Assembly: GCA_916719965.1 (NCBI GenBank)
Contig: CAKAPS010000001.1
Span: 1 to 60,435, forward strand
DNA length: 60,435 nt
Direction of reading: 5' to 3'
From: an uncultured Streptococcus sp.
Lineage (GTDB): Bacteria; Bacillota; Bacilli; Lactobacillales; Aerococcaceae
Part shown: piece by piece, positions 40,929 to 52,670 of the stretch
Numbering within the stretch: position 1 is the stretch's first letter
Layout: each line of letters opens with the position of its first letter
Position numbers and translations under genes: made by a program
The notes under the pieces: model-generated
The model's input: only the letters and a program-made list of their open reading frames with translations
Databases searched by the model: none
Told to the model about the DNA's origin: nothing

Positions 40929-41951
40929 ATGTATTTAATCGAACCAATCCGTGATGGAAAATATGTAAAAGATGGAGCAGTAGCGCTTGCGATGCAAGTA
41001 TATGTGCAAAGTAATGTCTTCTTGGATGATGACATCTTATTTCCGTATTACTGTGATCCTAAAGTTGAAATTGGGAAATTCCAAAATACAATTGCCGAAG
41101 TAAACGAAGAGTATTTAAAAGAAAACAATATTCTTGTTGTTCGTCGTGACACAGGTGGTGGTGCCGTATATGTGGACTCTGGTGCCGTGAATGTGTGCTA
41201 CTTAATTCAAGATAACGGAATCTTTGGAGATTTCAAGAGAACATATGAACCAGCAATCAAAGCTCTACATGAACTCGGCGCAACAGCTGTAGAACAAACA
41301 GGGCGTAACGACTTAACCATTGAAGGGAAAAAAGTATCCGGAGCTGCGATGACGATCAGCAATGGTCGTGTATACGGTGGTTTCTCGCTCTTATTAGATG
41401 TCGACTATGATGCGATGGAAAAAGTCTTGAACCCAAACAAGAAGAAATTACAATCTAAAGGAATCCAATCGGTTCGTGCACGTGTCGGAAGTATTCGTCC
41501 ATATCTTGCTCCAGAGTATCAAAACGTGACTGTAGACGAGTTTAAAAACTTAATCACTTGTAAGATTTTGGGAATCAACTCGATTGATGAAGCGAAACGT
41601 TACGTGTTAACGGAAGAAGATTGGAAAGCCATCGATGAACTCACAGCATCTAAATATAAAAACTGGGAATGGAATTATGGTCAGTCTCCACAATATAGTG
41701 ATTATCGTGATGGACGTTTTGCATGTGGAACGATTCAATGTTACTTAGAAGTGGAACAAGGTAGAATTTCAAATTGTCGTATTTACGGAGATTTCTTCGC
41801 TAAAGGAAATGTTCAAGAAGTCGAAGAAAAATTAAAAGGCGTTCGTATGGTGAAAGAAGACTTAGTAGACGTCTTAAGCAAAATCGATTTGAGCAGCTAC
41901 TTTGGAGCTGTTACTGCTGAAGAATTTGCGGGACTCATTTTAGGAGAATAA
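40929..41951 (+). CDS. lplA: Lipoate-protein ligase (LplA2 type)
   Basis: RRDTGGGAVY, GRNDL, KKVSG, WEWNYG. Confidence 0.93.
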   Translation: MYLIEPIRDGKYVKDGAVALAMQVYVQSNVFLDDDILFPYYCDPKVEIGKFQNTIAEVNEEYLKENNILVVRRDTGGGAVYVDSGAVNVCYLIQDNGIFGDFKRTYEPAIKALHELGATAVEQTGRNDLTIEGKKVSGAAMTISNGRVYGGFSLLLDVDYDAMEKVLNPNKKKLQSKGIQSVRARVGSIRPYLAPEYQNVTVDEFKNLITCKILGINSIDEAKRYVLTEEDWKAIDELTASKYKNWEWNYGQSPQYSDYRDGRFACGTIQCYLEVEQGRISNCRIYGDFFAKGNVQEVEEKLKGVRMVKEDLVDVLSKIDLSSYFGAVTAEEFAGLILGE

Positions 41952-41959
41952 AGTAAAAA

Positions 41960-42031
41960 ATAGAGTGATACCGTATACGGTATCACTCTATCTATTTAGA
42001 AAAGGATGAAGCGAGGTGCTTCATCCTTTTT
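41960..42031. terminator. Paired hairpins at a convergent gene junction
   Basis: Perfect 32-bp palindrome at 41960-41991 and aaaaggatgaagc/gcttcatcctttt hairpin at 42000-42031. Confidence 0.75.
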
Positions 42032-42037
42032 GCTTGA

Positions 42038-42538
42038 TTAGTCTAATTCTTCTTTTGCTGGAATGCTGTGAGCTAGACGGCTTGCTGCAGCGGCAGCAAT
42101 AGCACCAACTAGGTCATCTAAGAAGATGTTTACTTTACCAGTTGATTTATCATCTAAGTTTTTAAGAATTCCCGGTTTTACTTTATCGATATAACCATAG
42201 TTTGTAAATCCAATAGAACCATATACGTTTACGATAGATAATGCTAAGATTTCATCGACACCGTATAAGGGCTCGTCTTGAGATAGAATATCGTTTAATA
42301 ATGGATGTAATTTCTTTTCTTCTGCTAATTTATCCATTTCAATACCTGTGATAACGGCGTTTTGAACTTCACGTTTTTTCAATACGCTATTAACGTTCAA
42401 TAAGCATTCTTCTTTCGTTAATCCTGGTACATATTTTTCTTGTAAGAAATAAACTAATTCAGCAATTTGTTCTAATTCTACACCGCGCTCAGATAGTAAT
42501 TCTAAACAGCGATTGTGTAATTCTTTTGGGCTTTTCAT
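42038..42538 (-). CDS. Phosphatidylglycerophosphatase A family (YutG-like)
   Basis: KREVQNA, YGVDE, YGSIGFTNYGYIDK, FLDD. Confidence 0.88.
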   Translation of the reverse strand: MKSPKELHNRCLELLSERGVELEQIAELVYFLQEKYVPGLTKEECLLNVNSVLKKREVQNAVITGIEMDKLAEEKKLHPLLNDILSQDEPLYGVDEILALSIVNVYGSIGFTNYGYIDKVKPGILKNLDDKSTGKVNIFLDDLVGAIAAAAASRLAHSIPAKEELD

Positions 42539-42659
42539 ATGAAAAATCCTCCTTTTAACAAATTATGAAACCCTTTTAAAAAGAGTAGCTTTTTATTTTA
42601 ACACAAAATAGAAAAACGCCCAAATGAATTGAGCGTTCTTTTTGAAATTTTGTAAACGA

Positions 42660-43646
42660 TTAGAACATCGATGAGCTATGAATTGTGCTCGGACGGCTAT
42701 TGGGGTTTACGTAAGTCATTGCAGCATTAATGGCAACAGGTGCTTCACCAAATCCTGTCGCAATGATTTTAACCTTGCCTTCGTATGTTGCGATATCTCC
42801 AACGGCAAAGACACCAGGAAGAGTCGTCTCCATTTGGCTGTTTGTCACGATGGTGTTACGAACCACATCGAATCCCCAGTTCTTCATTCCTCCAATAGAG
42901 GAAGAGAAGCCATAGTTCACGATAAAATCGTCAACAGGAAGTTCCATTTGGTCTTCACCTTTAGCGTGTTTCAATACAACGGATTGAATGTTTGTACTAT
43001 CACCAATGATTTGGTCAGGAAGATACGGTGTTAAGATTTCAACGCTTGATTCTTCTAATTGTTTCACGCTATGTTCTTGTGCACGAAATTGTGGGCGACG
43101 ATGAACAATCGTTACTTTCTTTGCGATTGGTTCCAAGGCAAGTGCCCAGTCTACCGCAGAGTCACCACCACCGCAGATGGCTACAGTACGGTCGCGGAAA
43201 CGCTCTAAGTTCGTTACGAAGTAGTGTAGGTTGTTGTTTTCATAAGTTTCAGCATTTTCTACATCGAGTTTACGTGGACGGAAGGCGCCGTTCCCACAAG
43301 CGATAATCACCGTTTTTGCCAAGTGAGTTTGCTTTGAAGTAACCACTTCATACCCGAAATCTGTTTTGTTTAACTCGAGTGCTTCTTCCTCTAAACAATA
43401 TTGCGTTTCTGGGAAACGTTCGAGCTGCTTTTTCAAGTTTTCGACTAAATCGCCTGCTGTAATTTCAGGGAAGGCTGGAATATCATAAACCATTTTTTCA
43501 GGATAAAGCATTCCGGGTTGCCCACCTAATTGTGGCAGTGTTTCAATAATTTTAACAGACGCTTGACGTAAGCCCGCGTAAAAGGCGGTGAAAAGCCCAA
43601 CAGGCCCACCGCCGATAATAATAATATCAACAATTTCTTGTGTCAC
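42660..43646 (-). CDS. Ferredoxin/flavodoxin-NADP reductase (YumC-like, TrxR fold without CXXC)
   Basis: GGGPVG, LYPEK, GGGDSA, HRR, C-terminal HSSS. Confidence 0.88.
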   Translation of the reverse strand: MTQEIVDIIIIGGGPVGLFTAFYAGLRQASVKIIETLPQLGGQPGMLYPEKMVYDIPAFPEITAGDLVENLKKQLERFPETQYCLEEEALELNKTDFGYEVVTSKQTHLAKTVIIACGNGAFRPRKLDVENAETYENNNLHYFVTNLERFRDRTVAICGGGDSAVDWALALEPIAKKVTIVHRRPQFRAQEHSVKQLEESSVEILTPYLPDQIIGDSTNIQSVVLKHAKGEDQMELPVDDFIVNYGFSSSIGGMKNWGFDVVRNTIVTNSQMETTLPGVFAVGDIATYEGKVKIIATGFGEAPVAINAAMTYVNPNSRPSTIHSSSMF

Positions 43647-43659
43647 TTTGTACCTCCGA

Positions 43660-44169
43660 TTAATAGAAGATTCTTAAAATAAAGGCCATTGCGATACCAG
43701 TTAGTACACCGGCGAACACCTCGATGGGTTTGTGACCTAGATATTTTTTGATAATTAATTTTTTGTTTTCTTCTGTATCAAAGAGATCGATTGGATCGTC
43801 TTCAGATTCGATTTCAACATGCTTTAATGCGCTTGATTCTTCACGTATTTGTTCTTCGTATAATTTTTGTAGGAGAATTCCTTGCTCACCACTTTGACGA
43901 CGAACGGCCATAGCATCGAACATAACGATTAGGCCAAAAGTAGTTGCGATAGCAACAAATGGCGAAGCAAATCCGTGGTCAATAATTAACGCTGTAATCA
44001 GCGAGCTAACAGCAGCTGAGTGAGAACTTGGCATTCCACCAGTGCTAGTTACTAATGAAACGTTTGCGCCTGCTTTTTTTGAGAAGAGCGCAATCGGGAA
44101 TTTGACAAATTGTGCAAATAGAATCGAGCAAACAGAAGCGATTAATGGATAATTTCGTAATATTGTCAT
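43660..44169 (-). CDS. Divergent PAP2 family protein (DUF212/YuiD-like)
   Basis: GGMPSSHSA, VMFDA..VRR, LGHKP.EV. Confidence 0.88.
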   Translation of the reverse strand: MTILRNYPLIASVCSILFAQFVKFPIALFSKKAGANVSLVTSTGGMPSSHSAAVSSLITALIIDHGFASPFVAIATTFGLIVMFDAMAVRRQSGEQGILLQKLYEEQIREESSALKHVEIESEDDPIDLFDTEENKKLIIKKYLGHKPIEVFAGVLTGIAMAFILRIFY

Positions 44170-44368
44170 TAAACTCTCACTCTTTCTTTTTTCTATACTC
44201 AAATACTATACCACGAAACAAAGAAAATCACTAAAGAAAATTTGTAGAACTTTTTTATTTTTTTATTAAGAATGATAAGAACGCTAAATTGCACCCGTTT
44301 GGCTTTTGTGGTTTAATAGAGGATGGTAGATGAGTAATCATTAGTATGAATTAAAAGGAGATGGAAAA

Positions 44369-44959
44369 ATGAGTCAATTTCCACAATTGAATGAAGTGAA
44401 TGAAAAGAATCCACTCGTGATTGTGCATACGAATCAAGGAGATTTCACATTGGAATTATTCCCTGAAGTAGCACCTAAAACAGTGGAGAATTTCGTAACA
44501 CATGCAAAAAATGGATATTATGATGGTGTAATTTTCCACCGTGTCATTGAAGACTTCATGATTCAAGGTGGCGACCCAACTGGAACAGGTATGGGTGGCG
44601 AGTCTATTTACGGACGTACTTTCGAAGATGAATTTTCAAGAGAAGCGTTCAACTTGTACGGTACTTTATCAATGGCGAATGCAGGTCCAAACACAAATGG
44701 ATCTCAATTCTTCATCGTTACAGCAAAACAAGTACCAGCACAAATGTTGAAACAATTAAAAGATGGCGGCTGGCCTGAAGAAATCGTTGAAGAATACGCT
44801 AAAGTGGGTGGAACACCTTGGTTAGACCACCGTCATACAGTATTCGGACGCGTCGTAGAAGGCATGGACGTTGTTCTTAAGATTGAAGGCGTAGAACGTA
44901 ATGCGCAAGATCGTCCTCTAGAAGATGTTGTCATTGAATCGATGGACGTAAAAGCGTAG
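44369..44959 (+). CDS. Cyclophilin-type peptidyl-prolyl cis-trans isomerase
   Basis: [35 protein letters not shown]. Confidence 0.95.
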   Translation: MSQFPQLNEVNEKNPLVIVHTNQGDFTLELFPEVAPKTVENFVTHAKNGYYDGVIFHRVIEDFMIQGGDPTGTGMGGESIYGRTFEDEFSREAFNLYGTLSMANAGPNTNGSQFFIVTAKQVPAQMLKQLKDGGWPEEIVEEYAKVGGTPWLDHRHTVFGRVVEGMDVVLKIEGVERNAQDRPLEDVVIESMDVKA

Positions 44960-44967
44960 GAGGTTCT

Positions 44968-45357
44968 ATGAGCAAAACTTTTAGAATTGGCGACATCGTT
45001 ACGGCTAAAGTAACGGGTGTACAAAATTACGGAGTTTTCTTGGAGCTAGATGAAGATACACAAGGCTTGATTCATATTTCTGAGTGTAAACATGGATATA
45101 TGGATAATGTGCATGATTTTGTGAAAGTAGGACAGGAAGTGACAGCCAAAGTCATTGACGTCGATGAATTCTCAAATAAGATTAGTTTATCGATTCGAGC
45201 GCTGGAAAAACTCGATGTGCCAGATGTTCCGCAACGCATTAAGAAAAATCGCAAACGCTATGTTCCATCTATTGGTTTTTCTAGCTTAGCGAAGAAGTTG
45301 CCAGAGTGGATCGAAGAAGCACAAGAAAAATTTGTAAAAGATAAAAATAAAAATTAA
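44968..45357 (+). CDS. S1-domain RNA-binding protein (YugI/GSP13/CvfD-like)
   Basis: [32 protein letters not shown]. Confidence 0.9.
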   Translation: MSKTFRIGDIVTAKVTGVQNYGVFLELDEDTQGLIHISECKHGYMDNVHDFVKVGQEVTAKVIDVDEFSNKISLSIRALEKLDVPDVPQRIKKNRKRYVPSIGFSSLAKKLPEWIEEAQEKFVKDKNKN

Positions 45358-45394
45358 TAAAACAATCGTTATTGAATACGAAGGAGGCATTCAA

Positions 45395-46741
45395 ATGGGA
45401 CATATTTCATTTGATTATTCAAAAGCATTAGATTTCTTCAGCCAAGAAGAAATTGACAATTTACAATCAACAGTAACAGCGTTAGATAAAGACTTACGCG
45501 AAGGATTAGGCGCAGGGAACGACTTTACAGGTTGGGTTAACTTACCTCGCGACTATGACAAAGAAGAATTCGCTCGTATTAAAGAAGCTGCTAAAAAGAT
45601 TCAAGAAGAATCTGAAGTGTTAGTGGTTATCGGTATCGGTGGTTCTTATTTAGGCGCGCGTGCAGCGATTGATTTCTTAAACCACGCTTTCTATAACTAC
45701 TTACCAAGCGACAAACGTAAAACTCCACAAGTATTATTTGCAGGAAACAGCATTAGCTCAACTTACTTACAAGGATTAATCGACTTAATCGGAGACCGTG
45801 ATTTCTCTGTAAACGTAATTTCTAAATCTGGTACAACAACAGAACCAGCGATTGCTTTCCGTGTATTCAAAGATTTATTAATTAAAAAATATGGTAAAGA
45901 AGAAGCTGTAAATCGTATTTACGCTACAACTGACCGCGCTCGTGGAGCATTAAAATCAGAAGCAGATGTTGAAGGCTACCAAACATTTGTAATTCCAGAT
46001 GATGTCGGTGGACGTTTCACAGTATTAACAGCTGTAGGATTACTTCCAATCGCAGTAACTGGTGCAGATGTAGATGCATTAATGCAAGGAGCTGAAGATG
46101 CACGTGTGGCATACAGCTCACCAAACTTAAAAGAAAACGAAGCTTACCAATATGCTGTAGCACGTAATGTGTTATACCGCAAAGGAAAAGTAACAGAGTT
46201 ATTAATTAACTACGAACCAACATTACAATACTTCTCTGAATGGTGGAAACAATTATTTGGTGAATCAGAAGGGAAAGACTTCAAAGGAATTTATCCTTCA
46301 AGTGCAAACTTCTCAACTGACTTACACTCACTAGGACAATACATTCAAGAAGGTCGTCGTAACATCTTCGAAACAGTTATCAAAGTGGGCAAACCAAATG
46401 AAGAAGTAACAATTCCTGAAACAGAAGAAGACTTAGATGGATTAGGATACTTACAAGGCAAAACAATGGACTTTGTAAATACAAAAGCTTTCCAAGGAAC
46501 ATTACTTGCTCATACAGATGGTCAAGTTCCAAACTTTGTAGTGAATATTCCTGATATGTCAGCATACACATTAGGACACTTAATCTACTTCTTTGAAATC
46601 GCAGTTGGAATTTCTGGTTACTTAAATGGCGTTAACCCATTTGACCAACCAGGGGTAGAAGCATACAAGAAAAACATGTTTGCTTTACTTGGAAAACCAG
46701 GATTCGAAGATTTAGCAAAAGAATTAAACGAACGTCTATAA
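45395..46741 (+). CDS. pgi: Glucose-6-phosphate isomerase
   Basis: [39 protein letters not shown]. Confidence 0.98.
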   Translation: MGHISFDYSKALDFFSQEEIDNLQSTVTALDKDLREGLGAGNDFTGWVNLPRDYDKEEFARIKEAAKKIQEESEVLVVIGIGGSYLGARAAIDFLNHAFYNYLPSDKRKTPQVLFAGNSISSTYLQGLIDLIGDRDFSVNVISKSGTTTEPAIAFRVFKDLLIKKYGKEEAVNRIYATTDRARGALKSEADVEGYQTFVIPDDVGGRFTVLTAVGLLPIAVTGADVDALMQGAEDARVAYSSPNLKENEAYQYAVARNVLYRKGKVTELLINYEPTLQYFSEWWKQLFGESEGKDFKGIYPSSANFSTDLHSLGQYIQEGRRNIFETVIKVGKPNEEVTIPETEEDLDGLGYLQGKTMDFVNTKAFQGTLLAHTDGQVPNFVVNIPDMSAYTLGHLIYFFEIAVGISGYLNGVNPFDQPGVEAYKKNMFALLGKPGFEDLAKELNERL

Positions 46742-46748
46742 TCAACTG

Positions 46749-46781
46749 ACCGCATTCTCAAACTGAGGGTGCGGTTTTTTT
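46749..46781 (+). terminator. Terminator after pgi
   Basis: accgcattctca/tgagggtgcggt stem plus T run. Confidence 0.8.
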
Positions 46782-46873
46782 GTATCTTTATACGCTCGAA
46801 TCAGGAAAAGAACTTGCTACAATGGGCATTTTGAACTAACATAGGTCTTACAAGAAGTGTTGGAGGAAAAAAG

Positions 46874-47467
46874 ATGAGAGTCATTGGATTAACAGGCGGT
46901 ATCGCTAGTGGAAAGACAACTGTTTCTAATTTATTTAAAATCTCTGGAGTGCCGGTTATTGATGCCGACCTTGTAGCTAGACAAGTCGTCGAAAAAGGAA
47001 CTGCCGGATTAACTGCGCTCGTGAACCGCTTTGGAGAGGCTATTTTGAATACAGACGGAACGTTAAATCGAACGGAACTTGCCAAAAGAATGTTTAGCGA
47101 CGAAGTAATCCGAAGTGAAGTAAACGACATCCTTCAACCACTGATTCGCCAAGAGATTACAGGAAAGATGACAGATTACCAAGAGCAAGGAAAGTCTTTA
47201 ATTGTCTTAGACCTTCCACTCTTATTTGAAATGCACTATGAGAGTCTCTGTGATGATATTATCGTGGTGGCAGTTTCTGTGGAGACGCAAATTGCACGGT
47301 TGGAAAAGCGGAACGGATATACTAGACAAGAAGCGTTAGAGCGAATCCAGTCACAGATGCCTTTAGAAGAAAAAGTAAAGAGAGCAACGATTGTGTGGTC
47401 CAACGAAGGAACCCTTCAAGAGTTAGAGCAAAAAGTCCATCAGTGGCTACTCGAAAATTTCCTATAA
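46874..47467 (+). CDS. coaE: Dephospho-CoA kinase
   Basis: GLTGGIASGKT, IDADLVAR, PLLFE. Confidence 0.95.
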   Translation: MRVIGLTGGIASGKTTVSNLFKISGVPVIDADLVARQVVEKGTAGLTALVNRFGEAILNTDGTLNRTELAKRMFSDEVIRSEVNDILQPLIRQEITGKMTDYQEQGKSLIVLDLPLLFEMHYESLCDDIIVVAVSVETQIARLEKRNGYTRQEALERIQSQMPLEEKVKRATIVWSNEGTLQELEQKVHQWLLENFL

Positions 47468-47515
47468 AAATGATATAATAAATCGAATAAGCACAAAAAA
47501 GGAGAGGTGTTTGTA

Positions 47516-47986
47516 ATGCAATGTCCAAAATGTAAAAACAATGGTTCTCGCGTAGTTGATAGTCGTCCAGCCGATGATGGTCGTTCTATTCGTAGAAGAA
47601 GAGAATGCGAAGAATGTGGCTACCGTTTTACAACATTCGAGCGCTTAGAAAAGGCGCCATTGCTTGTCATTAAACGTAACGGGAATCGCGAAGAATTTAG
47701 CCGTGAAAAATTATTAAACGGATTAGTTCGTTCAGCAGAAAAACGTCCAGTATCACTTGGACAATTAGAAAATATCGTGAATGAAATCGAACGTTCCATC
47801 AACCAAGAGGGAGAAAATGAAGTGTCAAGCACTCTTATTGGGGAAATGGTGATGGATCACTTAGCAAAAATTGATGATATTGCATATATTCGTTTTGCGA
47901 GTGTGTATCGTCAATTTACAGACCGCAAAATGTTCTTAAAAGAATTAGAAAGAATGTCTATGATTATGGACAGCCAAGAAAAATAG
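47516..47986 (+). CDS. nrdR: Transcriptional repressor NrdR
   Basis: [16 protein letters not shown] cone, YIRFASVYR. Confidence 0.97.
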   Translation: MQCPKCKNNGSRVVDSRPADDGRSIRRRRECEECGYRFTTFERLEKAPLLVIKRNGNREEFSREKLLNGLVRSAEKRPVSLGQLENIVNEIERSINQEGENEVSSTLIGEMVMDHLAKIDDIAYIRFASVYRQFTDRKMFLKELERMSMIMDSQEK

Positions 47987-48001
47987 GAAGGAATTACAAG
48001 A

Positions 48002-49441
48002 ATGCACTCAAAAGAGTTTCCGTGGGCACAGTATAAGCCTAAAGACGGTATCCTCGTGGTACAACCTGTGTGGATTACCGAAAGAGAAATCCAATTTTTA
48101 ATGCAATTATACGCTCCGTTCATTGGGAAAGAAGCGACTCTTTTGTATGCGACTTTGTACGGTGAGTTATCTCCATCAGAGTATGAAAGTGAAGTCTTCT
48201 CCATTTCTGAATTATTGTCGATGACGAATTTAGGGATGCCGGACTTTTACTTAGCAAAGACTCGCTTGGAAGGGATTGGACTCTTGAAAACGTATCGTAA
48301 GGAGCCAACTGCTTCACGTCCTCAAACGTACACGATGGAATTACAAGCACCAACGTCTCCGCGACTCTTTTTCAAAGATGCCTTGCTTTCGACATTATTG
48401 TTAAACCAAATCGGGAATCATCGTTTTGAAAAATTAAAACAACGATTCTTAGTGTCAAAACCAGGCGATTTAGGAGAAAACGAAAGTGCGCAATTTGAAG
48501 AAGCGTACCGACTTCCTTATAACATGGAGACTTATACAAGAAACCACGCGCAAGAAAACCGCATGGTACTCGATAGCAAGCAGCAAGCTGCATTCGAATT
48601 TACGTCAGATGTGGATTGGGATTTAATCGAAGGACTATTAAAAACAGAATTCGTCGATTTGAATTCTATCACAAAAGACGTTCGCAAAATCGTTGATACC
48701 CTGTACCGCGCGTATGGTTTTACAGAACAAGAAATTGCACAATTTTTAGTGATTGCGTCTGATTTAACAACGAAAGTTATTGATGAAGAGTTCTTGTTGA
48801 AATTAGGACAAGAAGCTGCTCAAGATAAAGTGACGCAACTTCGCAGTGAAGAAGTGGATGAAACACCTGTGGCAGAACCGACTGAAGTGCACGTAGCAGA
48901 GGGCGTGTCAGAAGAAGAGTTAGCCATCCAACAATTGATTCAAGCGGCTAAAGCGATGGCGCCAATCGACTTTGTTTCAAGTATCAAGGCGCAAAAGAAA
49001 GGCTATGTCTCAAAAGCAGAACGTCAATTAATTTTTGATTTAGTATCTGTCAGCGGATTGCCAAATGAAGTGTTGAATATTTTGTTCCACTATGCATTGG
49101 TGCAACTCGATAACGCGACACTGGCTCGAAACTTTATCGATGCAATCGCCAACGACTGGGCTACAAAAGAAATCAAGACGGCTCAAGAGGCGATGGAAGC
49201 AGTCAGAAACCGCGACTTGCAACGAGAAGTGAAACGAAAACAACAACTTCATAATGCAGGTAAAAATAACTATAGAAGAAATAATGGTTATCAAGAACAA
49301 TTGCCAGATTGGGCAAAAGATTCTAATGCGAAGGAAAAACAAACTCCTGCTCCTAGTGAAAGCCAATCAACACAAGTTTCAAGTAATTTAGCCGAGCAAA
49401 TCGCAAAATTAAAAACAAGTAATCAAAGAGAACAACAATAA
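48002..49441 (+). CDS. dnaB: Replication initiation/helicase loader DnaB (Firmicutes type)
   Basis: LYAPFIG, LEGIGLL, EVLNILFHY, IANDW, LPDW; position between nrdR and dnaI. Confidence 0.88.
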   Translation: MHSKEFPWAQYKPKDGILVVQPVWITEREIQFLMQLYAPFIGKEATLLYATLYGELSPSEYESEVFSISELLSMTNLGMPDFYLAKTRLEGIGLLKTYRKEPTASRPQTYTMELQAPTSPRLFFKDALLSTLLLNQIGNHRFEKLKQRFLVSKPGDLGENESAQFEEAYRLPYNMETYTRNHAQENRMVLDSKQQAAFEFTSDVDWDLIEGLLKTEFVDLNSITKDVRKIVDTLYRAYGFTEQEIAQFLVIASDLTTKVIDEEFLLKLGQEAAQDKVTQLRSEEVDETPVAEPTEVHVAEGVSEEELAIQQLIQAAKAMAPIDFVSSIKAQKKGYVSKAERQLIFDLVSVSGLPNEVLNILFHYALVQLDNATLARNFIDAIANDWATKEIKTAQEAMEAVRNRDLQREVKRKQQLHNAGKNNYRRNNGYQEQLPDWAKDSNAKEKQTPAPSESQSTQVSSNLAEQIAKLKTSNQREQQ

Positions 49442-49446
49442 CGGAG

Positions 49447-50379
49447 GTGAACGAATTGGAAGGATTAAAAGGATTTTTAGATCAAAGAGGAGCTTCGCAA
49501 GGCATGCCAAACATGCAAAGCATCGAAAAAGAAATCTTTGAAGATGAAGACGTAAAAGCTTTTCTTGACCAACATAAAGAAGAATTGACTCCGGAAGCTA
49601 TTCGTAAAGGAATGTCTGCGTTATTGGAGTTTCGAATGGAAAGAGATGCCAGAAAGAATCACAAGGAAGTGAAAGCTCCAGGACTCGAACCATGTTTAGA
49701 AGTGCATAATGGATTTATTTTAGTGAATTACAAACGTACTGAAGAAGCGATTCGCCAGGAAAGAGAACGCAAGCGTAGACGCCTGATTCATTCGATTAAT
49801 ATGCCGAAAAATATCGCAGAAGCTCGCTTCTCTGATACGGCTCTTACAAAAGAAAGAGAAGATGTCATTCGAGAGTTATTGAATTTCATCGAAGCATACA
49901 AAACGGACAGCACTACATACCATAAAGGTTTATACTTAGCAGGACCTTTTGGGGTTGGTAAAACATATATGATGGGCGCTTTAGCAAATGAGCTTTCTGA
50001 GAACGGCATTGAAACGACGCTTGTCAATGTTCCAACGTACAGCGCAGAAATTAAGCAAGCCATTGCGACAAATACCGTTGAAGCGAAATTAGTATCGATT
50101 AAAAACACACCAATCTTGGTGTTGGATGATATCGGTGCGGAAATGAATAGTGCATGGTTTAGAGATGAAGTGTTGATGGTCATCTTACAACACCGTATGT
50201 TGCAAGAATTACCAACGTTCTTCACATCGAACTTCACGATTGATCAGTTAGAAGCGCATTTTGCTCATTCAAACAAAGGAGACCAAGAACTTCTTAAAGC
50301 AAAACGTCTGATTGAACGAATTCGTTTCTTAGCAAAAGAGTATTTTGTCGATGGACAAAATCACAGAAATCCATCATAG
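49447..50379 (+). CDS. dnaI: Primosomal helicase loader DnaI
   Basis: GPFGVGKT, LDDIGAE, FTSN. Confidence 0.93.
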   Translation: MNELEGLKGFLDQRGASQGMPNMQSIEKEIFEDEDVKAFLDQHKEELTPEAIRKGMSALLEFRMERDARKNHKEVKAPGLEPCLEVHNGFILVNYKRTEEAIRQERERKRRRLIHSINMPKNIAEARFSDTALTKEREDVIRELLNFIEAYKTDSTTYHKGLYLAGPFGVGKTYMMGALANELSENGIETTLVNVPTYSAEIKQAIATNTVEAKLVSIKNTPILVLDDIGAEMNSAWFRDEVLMVILQHRMLQELPTFFTSNFTIDQLEAHFAHSNKGDQELLKAKRLIERIRFLAKEYFVDGQNHRNPS

Positions 50380-50439
50380 ATGAAAATGCTTGAAAATATG
50401 AAAGATTAGTGGTTAAATACTAATGAACTAAATATTTTG

Positions 50440-50677
50440 AAAATGATGAAAAAGACAAGAAACTATCTCTTGGTTACATTTCAGCGAGAAGTGGGTTGGT
50501 GCAACACTTCATCCGGAATAGTTTTACCACTTTTGAATCTTTGCTTGAATTCAGTAGAGCAAGGCGCATCGGAGCGTTATTCCGTTGAGGTTTATCTTTT
50601 TTGATGAACAAATTTGGGTGGAACCACGTAGAATATGACGTCCCATAGTTTGCAGTAGCAGACTATGGGATTTTTTG
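50440..50677 (+). ncRNA. T-box riboswitch (Thr specifier) upstream of thrS
   Basis: Stem I with AGCGAG and GGTGCAA distal motifs, specifier ACC at 50526-50528, AGTA box, T-box AATTTGGGTGGAACCACG at 50611-50628, terminator tcccatagtttgc/gcagactatggga plus T run. Confidence 0.92.
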
Positions 50678-50714
50678 TTTATTTCAGAAATTTCAAAAAG
50701 AAAGAAGGAAGAAA

Positions 50715-52664
50715 ATGTCAATGATTAAAATTACTTTTCCAGATGGTGCCGTTAAGGAGTTTCCAAAAGGAATTACAGTAAAAGAAGTTGCAGAAAGCAT
50801 TAGTAAAAGCTTAGCGAAAAAAGCATTAGCAGGTAAAGTGAACGGAGAATTAGTAGACTTCGATCGCGCTATCGAAGAAGATGCTTCTATCGAAATCGTT
50901 ACACCAGATCACGAAGATGCATTAGGAATCTTACGTCACTCAACAGCACACTTATTAGCACACGCATTAACTCGTTTATACCCAGGAATTCACTTCGGAG
51001 TAGGACCAGCAATCGAAACAGGTTTCTACTACGATACGGATATGCCAAATCAATTAACAGAAGATGCACTTCCAGAAGTAGAAGCAGAAATGATGAAAAT
51101 CGTTAAAGAAAACTACCCAATCGTTCGTCGCGAGGTAAGCCGTAAAGAAGCATTAGAAATCTTCGCAAACGACCCTTATAAAGTAGAATTAATTAATGGT
51201 TTACCTGAAGACGAAACAATTACTGTCTACCAACAAGAAGATTTCGTAGACTTATGTCGTGGTATCCACGTTCCTTCAACAGGACGTATCCAAGTCTTTA
51301 AATTATTATCACTTGCAGGGGCTTACTGGAGAGGTGACTCTAACAACAAGATGATGCAACGTGTATACGGAACGGCATTCTTTGATAAAGCAGACTTAAA
51401 AGAATTCTTGAAAATGCGTGAAGAAGCCAAAGAACGTGACCACCGTAAATTAGGAAAAGAATTGGACTTATTCATGATTAGCCAAGAAGTAGGTTCAGGA
51501 TTACCATTCTGGTTACCAAAAGGGGCTACAATCCGTCGTACAATCGAACGTTACATCGTAGATAAAGAAATCAGCCTTGGATATCAACACGTGTACACTC
51601 CAGTTATGGCTGATGTAGGTCTTTACAAAACTTCAGGTCACTGGGCTCACTATCAAGAAGATATGTTCCCACCAATGGACATGGGCGATGGCGAAATGCT
51701 TGTTTTACGTCCAATGAACTGTCCTCACCATATGATGGTTTATAAAAACCACATCCACAGCTACCGTGAATTACCAATTCGTATTGCTGAATTAGGAATG
51801 ATGCACCGTTATGAAAAATCAGGTGCGTTATCTGGTTTACAACGTGTACGTGAAATGACTCTTAACGATGGACATACATTCGTTCGTCCAGACCAAATTA
51901 AAGACGAATTCAAACGTATCTTAGACCTAATCCGTGAAGTATATAGCGACTTCAACGTTAAAGATTACCGCTTCCGTTTAAGTTATCGTGATCCTGAAGA
52001 TAAACATAAATACTTCGATGACGATGAAATGTGGAACAAAGCAGAATCAATGTTAAAAGAAGCAATGGATGAAATGGGATTAGAATACTTCGAAGCTATC
52101 GGTGAAGCAGCATTCTACGGTCCTAAATTAGATATTCAATTCCGTACTGCAATGGGATTAGAAGAAACAATGTCTACAATCCAATTAGACTTCTTATTAC
52201 CAGAACGCTTCGACTTAACATATGTTGGGGAAGATGGAGATAACACTCACCGTCCAGTGGTTATCCACCGTGGGGTTGTATCAACTGCAGAACGTTTCGT
52301 AGCTTACTTAATCGAAGAATACAAAGGAGCATTCCCAACTTGGTTGGCTCCAGTCCAAGCAACAATCATTCCTGTAAGTGTGGAACATCATTATGATGCT
52401 GCACGCGAGTTGAAAGAAAAAATGGCTCGCCTAGGAATGCGTGTAGAACTTGATGACCGTAATGAAAAAATGGGTTACAAGATTCGTGCATCTCAAACTC
52501 AAAAAATCCCTTATCAATTAGTAATTGGGGATAAAGAGGTTGAAGAAGGTACTGTAACTGTTCGTCGTTATGGTTCTAAAGAAACTAAATCAATGTCTGT
52601 TGAAGCGTACCTAGAATACGTACAACGCGAGATTGCCAACTTCTCTCGCCCGCTTGAAGACTAA
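50715..52664 (+). CDS. thrS: Threonine--tRNA ligase
   Basis: TGS domain, [30 protein letters not shown]. Confidence 0.98.
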   Translation: MSMIKITFPDGAVKEFPKGITVKEVAESISKSLAKKALAGKVNGELVDFDRAIEEDASIEIVTPDHEDALGILRHSTAHLLAHALTRLYPGIHFGVGPAIETGFYYDTDMPNQLTEDALPEVEAEMMKIVKENYPIVRREVSRKEALEIFANDPYKVELINGLPEDETITVYQQEDFVDLCRGIHVPSTGRIQVFKLLSLAGAYWRGDSNNKMMQRVYGTAFFDKADLKEFLKMREEAKERDHRKLGKELDLFMISQEVGSGLPFWLPKGATIRRTIERYIVDKEISLGYQHVYTPVMADVGLYKTSGHWAHYQEDMFPPMDMGDGEMLVLRPMNCPHHMMVYKNHIHSYRELPIRIAELGMMHRYEKSGALSGLQRVREMTLNDGHTFVRPDQIKDEFKRILDLIREVYSDFNVKDYRFRLSYRDPEDKHKYFDDDEMWNKAESMLKEAMDEMGLEYFEAIGEAAFYGPKLDIQFRTAMGLEETMSTIQLDFLLPERFDLTYVGEDGDNTHRPVVIHRGVVSTAERFVAYLIEEYKGAFPTWLAPVQATIIPVSVEHHYDAARELKEKMARLGMRVELDDRNEKMGYKIRASQTQKIPYQLVIGDKEVEEGTVTVRRYGSKETKSMSVEAYLEYVQREIANFSRPLED

Positions 52665-52670
52665 TTTTTC

